From a virus (lineage: Duplodnaviria; Caudoviricetes): 41,695 bases of DNA. The notes under the pieces were generated by a model. The model did not search any database. It was given only the letters and a program-made list of their open reading frames with translations, and was not told the origin of the DNA. The translations under genes and the position numbers were made by a program. Below are positions 25,471 to 34,472 of the stretch, in pieces. The stretch spans positions 1-41,695 of the IMG/VR virus record IMGVR_UViG_3300020045_002517, one strand, 5' to 3'. Numbering within the stretch: position 1 is the first letter of the stretch; each line of letters opens with the position of its first letter.

Positions 25471-25833
25471 ATGAAAAAACAAAAATCATTTTTATTAATT
25501 TTTTTATCTTCAATCTTTATTTTGTCTTGTCAGGAATCTGAAAACAAAAAAAAAGAATACGAAATTCCTAAAGTTGAAAGGTTCGTTACAGATACTATTG
25601 AGGATATAAAAATAGTAAAATCAATTAAAGAGATAAATGAAACCTCAACTGGTTATGAGTACAAATATGATTGGCTAAATGGTAAATTCCGACAACAACC
25701 TACTGTAAATAGTGAAATGAAATATTATATAGTTTTTACTAATGGTCAAATTGAAGAAACAACTAAAAATAAAGGTATGTTTTATTCTCAAGGAGATACA
25801 GTTAAAACTTATAGATATATTTATTCAAATTAA
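25471..25833 (+). CDS. Lipoprotein
   Basis: MKKQK-hydrophobic-ILSC lipobox. Confidence 0.75.
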   Translation: MKKQKSFLLIFLSSIFILSCQESENKKKEYEIPKVERFVTDTIEDIKIVKSIKEINETSTGYEYKYDWLNGKFRQQPTVNSEMKYYIVFTNGQIEETTKNKGMFYSQGDTVKTYRYIYSN

Positions 25834-25838
25834 AAATT

Positions 25839-25982
25839 ATGGCACATAATGAAAGAAACGCAGGACGTAAATTAAGGTACGGAGAAAAAAAAGTAAGAGT
25901 AGTTAGATACTATCCACCAATTGCTATTCCTGAAATAGACGAAAAGGTAAATGAAATATTAGAAACATATAAAAAGAAGTAG
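25839..25982 (+). CDS. 47-aa basic protein, possibly DNA-binding (MAHNERNAGRKLRYGE...)
   Basis: RNAGRK motif followed by a predicted strand-helix; manual translation. Confidence 0.55.
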   Translation: MAHNERNAGRKLRYGEKKVRVVRYYPPIAIPEIDEKVNEILETYKKK

Positions 25983-26014
25983 TGGGATTGTTGAACTTAT
26001 TAAAGATTAGAATC

Positions 26015-26263
26015 ATGAAAACAAGTGGATTTAAAGATTATCGTTTAAAAGAATATGATAAATATTATGAAAAAGAAATAAATGCCTTAAAAAATTTTAA
26101 TGAAGATCACTTAAAAGATGCTGATTTAATAGTATTTGGAGTAAAAGAAGGAACGTCAATGACTGCAAATGGAACATTAAGTGATAGGGAAGAAAAAATA
26201 GTGTTAAGTATTATACAATGGCTTGGAACGCCAGTAGGACAAGGATTTATTCAAACTATTTAA
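26015..26263 (+). CDS. Hypothetical protein (start probably MKTSGF)
   Basis: 82-aa ORF ending before the bidirectional terminator. Confidence 0.6.
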   Translation: MKTSGFKDYRLKEYDKYYEKEINALKNFNEDHLKDADLIVFGVKEGTSMTANGTLSDREEKIVLSIIQWLGTPVGQGFIQTI

Positions 26264-26267
26264 AACA

Positions 26268-26300
26268 TAAAAAAACGCCCTCAATTAGAAGGCGTTTTTT
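26268..26300. terminator. Bidirectional terminator between convergent units
   Basis: AAAAAACGCC...GGCGTTTTTT. Confidence 0.8.
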
Positions 26301-26502
26301 TACTTAAATCTGATATAGTTTCGTCTTTCACGTTAGAACTCTTAGAACTCCCGAAAAGATAACCCACTACTATCAGCATAAGGTTATTAATCTGCTGTGA
26401 TTCGCTTTCAGATACTTCAACAAAAGATATTATTATATAACCGCCCAATATTACTATAACGGCAATAACATTCTGTATCTTGAAGCTATTCAGGAATTTC
26501 AT
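26281..26502 (-). CDS. Putative holin (2 TM)
   Basis: Two hydrophobic helices, GYLFGSS, charged C-tail; last gene of the late operon. Confidence 0.6.
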   Translation of the reverse strand: MKFLNSFKIQNVIAVIVILGGYIIISFVEVSESESQQINNLMLIVVGYLFGSSKSSNVKDETISDLSKKTPSN

Positions 26503-26956
26503 CTGTTACAGGAATATTTTTAATCAGTTCTTGATTTGCCTTATTCACTTCTACCAACTGCTGATTAGACTTTTCTAATTCAGCTTTTAGTTGCTCTATT
26601 TCCGCATTAGCGTTACTTAATTTGTTTTCAGATTCTGACAATAGATTTGAGGTTTCAGATAATTGATTGTTAGTCGATTTCAATTCTGTTTCAAGTGATT
26701 TGTTTTCGTCTTGGAGTTGAGATACGTTTAAAATAAGCTGATTATTTATTCCCTCAACAACTTCTGACAAATCCATAACTGTAGGAGAATTTTCAATACC
26801 AAAATCAACAGGCATTGTATCAAAGGTCTTTTCTCCAAATAATACGCCATTTTCGAAAACCTGTTCTTTATAAGAATAATCGCATCCTTGTATTTCTCCG
26901 TTTGACTGCCAAGCAATTCTAAATTGCTGTGGTACTGTTTTTTTACTAAAGTTCAT
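26486..26956 (-). CDS. Coiled-coil protein after the tail fibre genes (possible fibre chaperone)
   Basis: Heptad-rich C-terminal half. Confidence 0.55.
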   Translation of the reverse strand: MNFSKKTVPQQFRIAWQSNGEIQGCDYSYKEQVFENGVLFGEKTFDTMPVDFGIENSPTVMDLSEVVEGINNQLILNVSQLQDENKSLETELKSTNNQLSETSNLLSESENKLSNANAEIEQLKAELEKSNQQLVEVNKANQELIKNIPVTDEIPE

Positions 26957-26958
26957 AA

Positions 26959-27951
26959 TTATAAATTTATTTCTGTTCCTGTTACATAAGTTACTGTTCC
27001 TGTTCCAACCGTTGCCGTTCTAATTCTTGCTAAAGCGTTTATAGGTATAACTCCAACTAATGTTCCTGTCTGCGCGTTAGTCAATTGAACCGTTACCGTT
27101 AATCCTACACCGCTTGAATTTCCTACTTGTGATGGATTTAGCCAAGTAGTACCACCATTAATTGAATATTCTAAAAAAGCTGTTGCCGTTGACGTGCCTA
27201 CCAAAAGTGGATTTGTGACTTGGCACGTAACAGAGTAAGACACTATTGTGTTTCGTGTAGCCGAAGGTGTAAAGTTAGTATTTAATGGTCTTGTAGCAAT
27301 TGAAATTACAGGCTGTGGTAATGTGAAATTAGGATAAGTACCCGAAGCACCATTTATTACAACCGTCTGGTCAGGAAGCGTATTCGAAATTGCATTTGAA
27401 GTTATTGCAATGCCTGTTCCTGCCGTATAGGTATTTTGTGGAATTACAACTGTATTTCCTGATGAAATGCTCAAATTATTTCCTGAAACGCTCAAGGTCT
27501 GTAATTCATTGGTTATGCTTCCATCAATTTCCGTTGTCAAATATCCTGCACCATTAGTCAGTTGATTATTGTTTGTGGGTATCGTTGGCTTTCCTGTTAT
27601 TTCTGAATAAGTTGGAACGTATGACAAAGGCTTAAATCGTGCATCCAATTGACTTTTGCTATAAGTGAACCCTGAATTTTCAGTAACGAAATAATTCCAA
27701 CCTAAACCGTTGTTGTATTCAGGAATCTGTGTTGTTGAATTAACTTGGATTCTTCCGATTAAAGGAGTAGCTGTATTTGATATTGCGTGTCCTCTTACAG
27801 GAACTATCAAAATACTATCCATTTTCCAACCATTTCTATGCGTGTTCAACGTACTTGTGTTTCCTGAAACATTAAATACAGTTTGTGATTGCAAATTAAA
27901 AGCTGTTAGAAGTAAAAAAACGATAATCTTGATTGTTAGTTTGTTTTTCAT
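26959..27951 (-). CDS. Tail fibre/adhesin-like protein with an N-terminal signal peptide
   Basis: ITGKPTIPTNNNQLTNGAGYLT, NELQTLSVSGNNLSISSGN, YTAGTGIAIT; T/G-rich beta C-domain. Confidence 0.65.
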   Translation of the reverse strand: MKNKLTIKIIVFLLLTAFNLQSQTVFNVSGNTSTLNTHRNGWKMDSILIVPVRGHAISNTATPLIGRIQVNSTTQIPEYNNGLGWNYFVTENSGFTYSKSQLDARFKPLSYVPTYSEITGKPTIPTNNNQLTNGAGYLTTEIDGSITNELQTLSVSGNNLSISSGNTVVIPQNTYTAGTGIAITSNAISNTLPDQTVVINGASGTYPNFTLPQPVISIATRPLNTNFTPSATRNTIVSYSVTCQVTNPLLVGTSTATAFLEYSINGGTTWLNPSQVGNSSGVGLTVTVQLTNAQTGTLVGVIPINALARIRTATVGTGTVTYVTGTEINL

Positions 27952-27956
27952 TGGTT

Positions 27957-30239
27957 TTAGTTTTTGTTGAAATATACAGTTATTAAATCGGTAGCCATCA
28001 CAGCCATTGTTATTGTGCCTGTGGTTGAATTAAATGTGAATGGCCCTTGCGTGATATCTCCATTTAATACCACCATAGAAATATTGGTTGCGCCTATAAG
28101 GGCATTGTTTTGATAAGTAGCCGATGGAGAGGATATTGTTGCGCTTACAGAACGTGCCGTTTCTATTGCATTATATACTTCCCATGTCGAAGCACCTCCG
28201 ACCTTTAGCTTGTTAATAGAAGTATTGAAGTACATTGCCCCTGACTGATATGCTGGCTCCGTACCTGTAGTGTATTTACCTAAAAATACAAGTCCTGTTA
28301 GTTTTATATCTCCAACTACATCTAACATTACATCAGGACTGAATTTTCCTAAACCAACAAATCCCCCAAATCTATTAATTGTAATCGCTTTAGCAGTATT
28401 GTCGGCAAAATTAGCTCCCTGTATATATGGATTAGCTCCGCTTGTCTCAATGTTTATCCTACTATCGGCCGTTGTGTTTTCAGAACTAATACGACCTGCT
28501 ACCATCTGAGCGCCTGTAAAGTTATTACCTCCTGCCAAATTTGCTTTTAAGGCTAATCCTGCGTTAACCCAATTTGCATCGGGTATTTGTCTGTCTGTGA
28601 AAGAACTTATTACAGGCGTTCCATCTGCGCTTCCGTAATAAAGCAATTTATTTGCCTGTGTGCTTCCTGTATATGCAATTCCGTTGCTTAAATTTGGAGT
28701 GTTGAAAGAAAATGTAATAAAATTAGTTGCAACGTTTCCTTCAAAACGACCTTGTGAGCCAAATACAGTACCGCCGTTTGTTCTTATGTGTCCTAAATTC
28801 GTATAAAATCCATTCTCTCCAAAACCTACTTTAGATTCAAAAGTTCGATTGCTTTCAAAGCCATTGCCTGATACTTCAGAAGGAACTGTCTGAATAATTT
28901 TTTCAGTCATATTATTTCCTGAAGCGACTGTAACCTGATCTAATGTAGGCACACCGCTCAACCCTGAAATATTATAGCTTATTAATTCCATAGTATTTGA
29001 AAACCTCTTAAAACAAGCAACAGAACCTACTGCCATAGTAAAATTGCCCGAAGTTGGGAATTTAAAAGGCATCAGGTTAAAATCATCTACATTGGCGTTT
29101 AATACGAATGTTGTTGTAGAGCCGTTCTTAATCCAAATCAACTGTCCGTCATATTCTAATGTATTAGGCAGTCCTGTTGTCTGAACTCCGTCAATAGATA
29201 CCAAAGCGTTATTAACTATGTTATAAGCGTTAGTGAAGTCTGTAATAGTTAAAAACGTATTGCTACCTGTGATATTTTTAGTAGTCCAGCCGAATGATTT
29301 CTTTGTGATGTAGTCAGCACCTATGATAGGCTCTGTTGGTTCTGATATTGTAGAACCGTTTACGAATATAGTCGTAAGCTCAATAGCTCCTAATGGAATC
29401 TGTGGCTTTAATGCGTTTCCGTCGGTAGATATAACTCCTGCCGTAACAGAGAATGAATTATCATTTGGTTGTGTGTGAAAAACATAAAATCTACTGCTAC
29501 CGTCTGGTAAATCTTCAATAGTATATTCGTATTCCTGCAAGTTTCCATATTGAACACCATCCTGCGACCAACTCCAAGCCGTGTCAGCCGTAAAAACTCC
29601 GTCTGTCAATTCGAAAGTGCCTAAAGTTATAAATCCGTTTGGAGTTTGGCTCATTATGGATTGCGGTCTGAACCCGAACATCTTTTGCGTTACTCCATTT
29701 TCATCTATTACGGCAACAACCGTTAGAACATATCCGTTTGGTATATCCTCCGCTCTCGTGTTTTCAACGTCCTGGTGTTGTGTTATTAGCCTAAAATTGT
29801 AAAGATAAGTAGCTTCTAACCTGTTCTCGGCTTCATTTACTACATAGACTTTACCATTCTGTCCTACATAAGTATTTGCAGGAAACACATCGGAAAGAGA
29901 TTTAAAAAACTGAGCTGTAGGAATCCCCCCCCCTGATCCTCCATATCCTATAAAGTAACCCAATGTTTCTAAATAGTCATAAACTTGCGTAGATGTAGTA
30001 AATCCTGATACGTCAGGCTCTCCTCCGAAAGTATCTGTAACAGTTATATCAGATGGATGTATTTCTTGATTTTTTACCAAAGGCGCACCGTTTCTTGTTT
30101 TAAAATGAAGCACTATTTCGCCTGTTCCAAGATTTTGAAACGCTGTAAGATTAGGATTGTTATCTGTTGTAGACTGAACACCGTCTAAAATATGTTCAAA
30201 CAGATTTTCTGATACCCTATTTATGATTAATTCTGCCAT
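27957..30239 (-). CDS. Tail fibre / receptor-binding protein
   Basis: 760 aa, G/T/N-rich; KANLAGGNNFTG and VGLGKFSPDVMLDVVG fibre-type motifs. Confidence 0.75.
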   Translation of the reverse strand: MAELIINRVSENLFEHILDGVQSTTDNNPNLTAFQNLGTGEIVLHFKTRNGAPLVKNQEIHPSDITVTDTFGGEPDVSGFTTSTQVYDYLETLGYFIGYGGSGGGIPTAQFFKSLSDVFPANTYVGQNGKVYVVNEAENRLEATYLYNFRLITQHQDVENTRAEDIPNGYVLTVVAVIDENGVTQKMFGFRPQSIMSQTPNGFITLGTFELTDGVFTADTAWSWSQDGVQYGNLQEYEYTIEDLPDGSSRFYVFHTQPNDNSFSVTAGVISTDGNALKPQIPLGAIELTTIFVNGSTISEPTEPIIGADYITKKSFGWTTKNITGSNTFLTITDFTNAYNIVNNALVSIDGVQTTGLPNTLEYDGQLIWIKNGSTTTFVLNANVDDFNLMPFKFPTSGNFTMAVGSVACFKRFSNTMELISYNISGLSGVPTLDQVTVASGNNMTEKIIQTVPSEVSGNGFESNRTFESKVGFGENGFYTNLGHIRTNGGTVFGSQGRFEGNVATNFITFSFNTPNLSNGIAYTGSTQANKLLYYGSADGTPVISSFTDRQIPDANWVNAGLALKANLAGGNNFTGAQMVAGRISSENTTADSRINIETSGANPYIQGANFADNTAKAITINRFGGFVGLGKFSPDVMLDVVGDIKLTGLVFLGKYTTGTEPAYQSGAMYFNTSINKLKVGGASTWEVYNAIETARSVSATISSPSATYQNNALIGATNISMVVLNGDITQGPFTFNSTTGTITMAVMATDLITVYFNKN

Positions 30240-31579
30240 TATAATGTAAGTGTTATTGTTAAGACTTCTGATTGAAATGTGTTGTCTGTTGATCTCAATG
30301 ATACTGAAATTAAATCACCTGCAAATCCTACTATATTTCGTGAAACAGAGCCGTCATTTACTTCGGTTGTTTCAATTGGATTAGCTCCGTTTTTCTGCGT
30401 TATCATAACTATGTTTACGCCGTTATAGTAAGACTGCGTATAATCAATCGTTATTTTCCATCTGTTTAAATTTTGATTATAAACAGCAGTTACGCCTGCA
30501 ATGGTATTCGGCACATCTACCTCAAATTCCAATACGTTTGAAATTATTTCTTCTACTGGTGCTTTGATGCGTAATTTCATCTGCGTACCCATAGGATAAG
30601 GCAAATTATAATACCCTACGCCTGTTTCATCTACTAATTGCAAAAACGGACTTTCCTCAAACCAATCTACACCGTTTGTAGAATTTTCCACAATTAAATA
30701 AGACGGTTCGAAATTAAACACGCTGAAATATAAAGCCGTGTTGTTATTATTCAAATCGGTTATTTGGTCAAATACTATTTTTGGCGTAATGTCAGGCAAT
30801 GGTGCAACATATGTAGGATCGTAAACATCGCTATTATCGAATGACAAATCAAAATTAAAATGCACAAAGTTCTCCTGTGCCGTTAGCCTTGGAATCTCAA
30901 AAGCATTAAAAGGAAATGTTCTTATCAGGTTGAAATAAACGAAAGTATTTTTGAATAATGCTTTCAACTGCAATGCTAAATTTTTAGGTATTGGCAACAT
31001 ATCCCAAGTTTCATAATCTGAAAAAGTGGCTTCCACCGTTCTGCGCTGTCCTGTGCCTACTTCCGTATAAGACGATAATGTATCTTCAATATCCGACTGC
31101 CAATAAAAAACAGTCAATTGGGTTGAAAGCATCGTATCGGTTATGTTGTCACGATAATCTATCCTCGTTGTCTTTTCTGCATCGTAATTAGTGATACAAA
31201 ACACGTTTGAATACCAAGTGTCGGCATATGCTTCCGAACCTTCTAATAATTGATTCACTTCTAAATAAACCAATCCCGTACCCAAGTCTGGCAAATCAGT
31301 CAAGCTCCATTCAATTTGAGAAACTCCGTCATTATCTTGATAAACACGCTCGATCATAAAGTTTTCGCTTATGTCCGTGCGCTGTTCTCCGCACAAAGAA
31401 ACAGCAAAAACTGCCCAATCTTCTAATTCTATTCCGTCAGGTACATTTGTAGCCTGAATGTATTTCAATTCATTTTCAGCAAGCAGTTGTATTCCCCGAT
31501 GCTCAAATATTGAAGTATTTGGCGAGTACCGTGTAGATAAAGCTTCTTCTTTGGAGTGGTATAGGTTTATGAAATTCAT
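30239..31579 (-). CDS. Minor tail / baseplate structural protein
   Basis: 446-aa beta-rich acidic protein in the tail module. Confidence 0.65.
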   Translation of the reverse strand: MNFINLYHSKEEALSTRYSPNTSIFEHRGIQLLAENELKYIQATNVPDGIELEDWAVFAVSLCGEQRTDISENFMIERVYQDNDGVSQIEWSLTDLPDLGTGLVYLEVNQLLEGSEAYADTWYSNVFCITNYDAEKTTRIDYRDNITDTMLSTQLTVFYWQSDIEDTLSSYTEVGTGQRRTVEATFSDYETWDMLPIPKNLALQLKALFKNTFVYFNLIRTFPFNAFEIPRLTAQENFVHFNFDLSFDNSDVYDPTYVAPLPDITPKIVFDQITDLNNNNTALYFSVFNFEPSYLIVENSTNGVDWFEESPFLQLVDETGVGYYNLPYPMGTQMKLRIKAPVEEIISNVLEFEVDVPNTIAGVTAVYNQNLNRWKITIDYTQSYYNGVNIVMITQKNGANPIETTEVNDGSVSRNIVGFAGDLISVSLRSTDNTFQSEVLTITLTL

Positions 31580-31833
31580 CTATCTTTTTTTAATCGGTGA
31601 ATAACATTCATTTTTATTACCATTGAGAATACCATAATAACCAATAAAATATAATTGTTCTTATTATTAATGAACAATTGTGTCCTGGTCAAAGTAGGAT
31701 TTCGCCAAGCGTAATCAGATATTTTATACCATAGAAAAAAACTTATAAGCACCAATATAATGATTGAAGCTTTTAATACAGTTATAGATACCTTGTATAA
31801 ATTATCTCTTGTTTTATTATATTCTATTTTCAT
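31576..31833 (-). CDS. 2-TM membrane protein within the tail module (start probably MKIEYNK)
   Basis: Two hydrophobic helices; ATGA overlaps on both sides. Confidence 0.6.
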   Translation of the reverse strand: MKIEYNKTRDNLYKVSITVLKASIIILVLISFFLWYKISDYAWRNPTLTRTQLFINNKNNYILLVIMVFSMVIKMNVIHRLKKDR

Positions 31834-34472
31834 TGTTCGCTTATTGGGTTTAGCCAATTGATCAACTGGCTTTTGTTTGCTGGCAAAGTACCGTTAAAAC
31901 TGATGTTATTGAAAGATAATCTGTTATACATAAGTTTTCCGTTTTGATCCTTGATGTAAAAGTAATTATCTTTTATCTCATATCGTAATTTTTCTACCAT
32001 ATATTCGCCACCGTTCAATGAAATAAAAACATTGCTTTGGTTAGTGTTTATATCCAAAATAGACTTTTCATACTTCTTTTTGCCTATTAAGGTAACTGTT
32101 CCGAGGCTTCCAGCATTCTGTCTGAATTTCATATCCTGAACGTATAGTTTAACAGGATTACCGTCAGGATCGAACGCACGAATATAACCACGTTGGGAGC
32201 TTCTGACCTTCTGCATAATATCGTAATACTTATCAAACCTGATTAAGAATTGAACCGTAACTATTTTTGGAGAAAGCAACGGATTTTTAGGCACAAAGTT
32301 TTCGCCCTCTTTCACTGTTACTCCATAAATAGTGGTAATTAAATCAGGATTGTTTTTATAAAGTGTGTTTATGTAAGGCTTGTTTGATTGGTATAAATTA
32401 ATAGTGGCTAAATGATGCCCCCAATTTTGCAATGTCAATCGGGTAGGAGTAAATCTTAAATTTGCATAGCTTTCAGGGTTTAATATTCCTGTAATCTGTG
32501 CAAAATCTTGATTAGTCCAAGCGATACCATCAATATCTGCTGTTTTAATGAAGTATTGGAAGTTGGTATATCTAGAACCGTTATCATCTGAAGAATGCTG
32601 GTCAGGGCCATTGTGAACCAATACTACATAATTTGAAGCTACTTCTGTTACCGTCCAATATCCTTGATTTATCTGCGTTGGGTTTGTGGTTATTAAAATA
32701 GTATATCCCACTTTAATACCAAGCAATATCCAATTAAAACTGCCTGTATTTGTAAGTGTAAGGAGTTGCGTGTCATCATCAAAACTGTGCATTAATAAAT
32801 CTGTTTCAGAAAAAGCAAATTCATTTTGAGTTATTTTTGATTTTGGAAAAACGTCTAACAAGTATTTTTTATCATCATCTTGAGTTGCCGTGTTGTCGCT
32901 TGTTCTGAATGACTTTACACGAACAGCTTCAAAAGAAAAGGGATCGCGTATCAGGTTTACTTTTACTTCTTTAGTCGATGAAACGTTTTGGTTTGGAGAT
33001 TTCCATTGGGCTTCTCCGTGAACTCCATCGTAAGTGTTTGCAGTGTCGTTTTCTTTCTGTGATTGGTAATTGTCATATTTGAACTCAAAAAGATTTATTC
33101 CAAATTCAGGATTAAAATTGTCGCTGTAACCTTCGAAAACCATTTTTTCACAGGCATATATCTCACGGTTAGCAATAAAATCCTCATCATTACCTATAAA
33201 TATAGTTCCGTCATTCTGAATCTCATAATCAAAATGCTGTTCAGGAAACCAATCATTTATGTATTTCCAAGTTATGTTAAAAGGTTTTCCATCAAGGCTT
33301 CTTAACAAATTACCGTCAAAAATAAACTGATCATATAAATAACCGCCATATTCAGCTCTTGGAAAAGATACGTTAGCTAATCCTGCTGATTTTGCAACCT
33401 GTTTTACAACATCTATAAGCCTTAAGCCGTCATTAACCGTTGCATAAGATACCTTAGTTCCTGTTATCTCTATTTTCATAGATGAAACAGTAGTGTTTAA
33501 AAAGTAAGTTGTGTTCTGCGTATCCGTTAAGATATAGAAATAAATATATAGCCGGCTACCTCTTGGAACAGTAAGATTCGGAAAGGTGTATTCTCCGTTA
33601 ACGATTGACTGCTCAAAGTTTTCAGGCGTGTTATCGAAATCAAAACCGAATACCGTATAGCTTGCGTAATCATCAGGATTTTGATCAGGTCTGCCTATTG
33701 CGTATTTAAGTCTTATATATCCATAACCGAAAGGATAAGAAGATGCTGTTTCTTTTGTCTTTACTGAAAGTTCAGATATTTTAAGGGTAACATTTTTTAA
33801 CGTGTCAACTGCTTCAATATATCCAAAATCCTGCCTATTTCCAAAACCTTGAATATAAGAAAGAGTGTTATCAATGCCGTATGAATCTACGCTATTGGCG
33901 AAATTAAAATATTGCGTTCTAACTCCACCTATACCCCCCGTTGTAGCTAATTTACTTTCTTTTTGGCTAAATTTAGACTGCTGTACTTCGGGTTTTGAAG
34001 GATTCAATATCTTCTTTTTCTGAACCGGCTGTATCACGTTTCCGTTTATATCCAAAGATGAAAAAACATTAACGTTGGCTTCAGCATTCTTTTTTATCTT
34101 TGAAAATTCCTGATCTAAAATAACATCAACTTTAATAAGTCCGTAGGTATTGTTATCTGAAGTAAATATATCCAAATTTCCTATTGGTAATATTGTACCT
34201 AAACCGTTGTAATCTATTTCTAAATTAACTACCGCTTCAAATCCCTGAACCTCCACAGTATTTTGCAAAGGCTCAAATATTTCAGGATGCGCCATTTTAG
34301 AAAACGTAAATTTACCTGTACCGCCCGCAAAAAGCGTATCTACTCCCATACGCCCTTCTTCTTGGATAATGGCAAAGTCAGCACCATCAAATCCGACAGG
34401 TTCAGCTTTAAACTGAATCCTGCCCAAATCAGGTCTGCTTATGAAGTTTAAGTAAAATTTAGATCTTGCCAT
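31830..34472 (-). CDS. Tail tip / hub structural protein
   Basis: 880 aa immediately after the tape measure. Confidence 0.7.
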   Translation of the reverse strand: MARSKFYLNFISRPDLGRIQFKAEPVGFDGADFAIIQEEGRMGVDTLFAGGTGKFTFSKMAHPEIFEPLQNTVEVQGFEAVVNLEIDYNGLGTILPIGNLDIFTSDNNTYGLIKVDVILDQEFSKIKKNAEANVNVFSSLDINGNVIQPVQKKKILNPSKPEVQQSKFSQKESKLATTGGIGGVRTQYFNFANSVDSYGIDNTLSYIQGFGNRQDFGYIEAVDTLKNVTLKISELSVKTKETASSYPFGYGYIRLKYAIGRPDQNPDDYASYTVFGFDFDNTPENFEQSIVNGEYTFPNLTVPRGSRLYIYFYILTDTQNTTYFLNTTVSSMKIEITGTKVSYATVNDGLRLIDVVKQVAKSAGLANVSFPRAEYGGYLYDQFIFDGNLLRSLDGKPFNITWKYINDWFPEQHFDYEIQNDGTIFIGNDEDFIANREIYACEKMVFEGYSDNFNPEFGINLFEFKYDNYQSQKENDTANTYDGVHGEAQWKSPNQNVSSTKEVKVNLIRDPFSFEAVRVKSFRTSDNTATQDDDKKYLLDVFPKSKITQNEFAFSETDLLMHSFDDDTQLLTLTNTGSFNWILLGIKVGYTILITTNPTQINQGYWTVTEVASNYVVLVHNGPDQHSSDDNGSRYTNFQYFIKTADIDGIAWTNQDFAQITGILNPESYANLRFTPTRLTLQNWGHHLATINLYQSNKPYINTLYKNNPDLITTIYGVTVKEGENFVPKNPLLSPKIVTVQFLIRFDKYYDIMQKVRSSQRGYIRAFDPDGNPVKLYVQDMKFRQNAGSLGTVTLIGKKKYEKSILDINTNQSNVFISLNGGEYMVEKLRYEIKDNYFYIKDQNGKLMYNRLSFNNISFNGTLPANKSQLINWLNPISEQ

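Noticed and set aside
26959-30239. Diversity-generating retroelement or shufflon acting on the tail fibres
   Set aside because: No reverse transcriptase, invertase, TR/VR pair or inverted crossover sites seen; the capsid repeat differences are not adenine-specific
33934-33939. C6 run in the 880-aa tail gene as a phase-variable tract
   Set aside because: Too short for high-frequency slippage and in a probably essential gene
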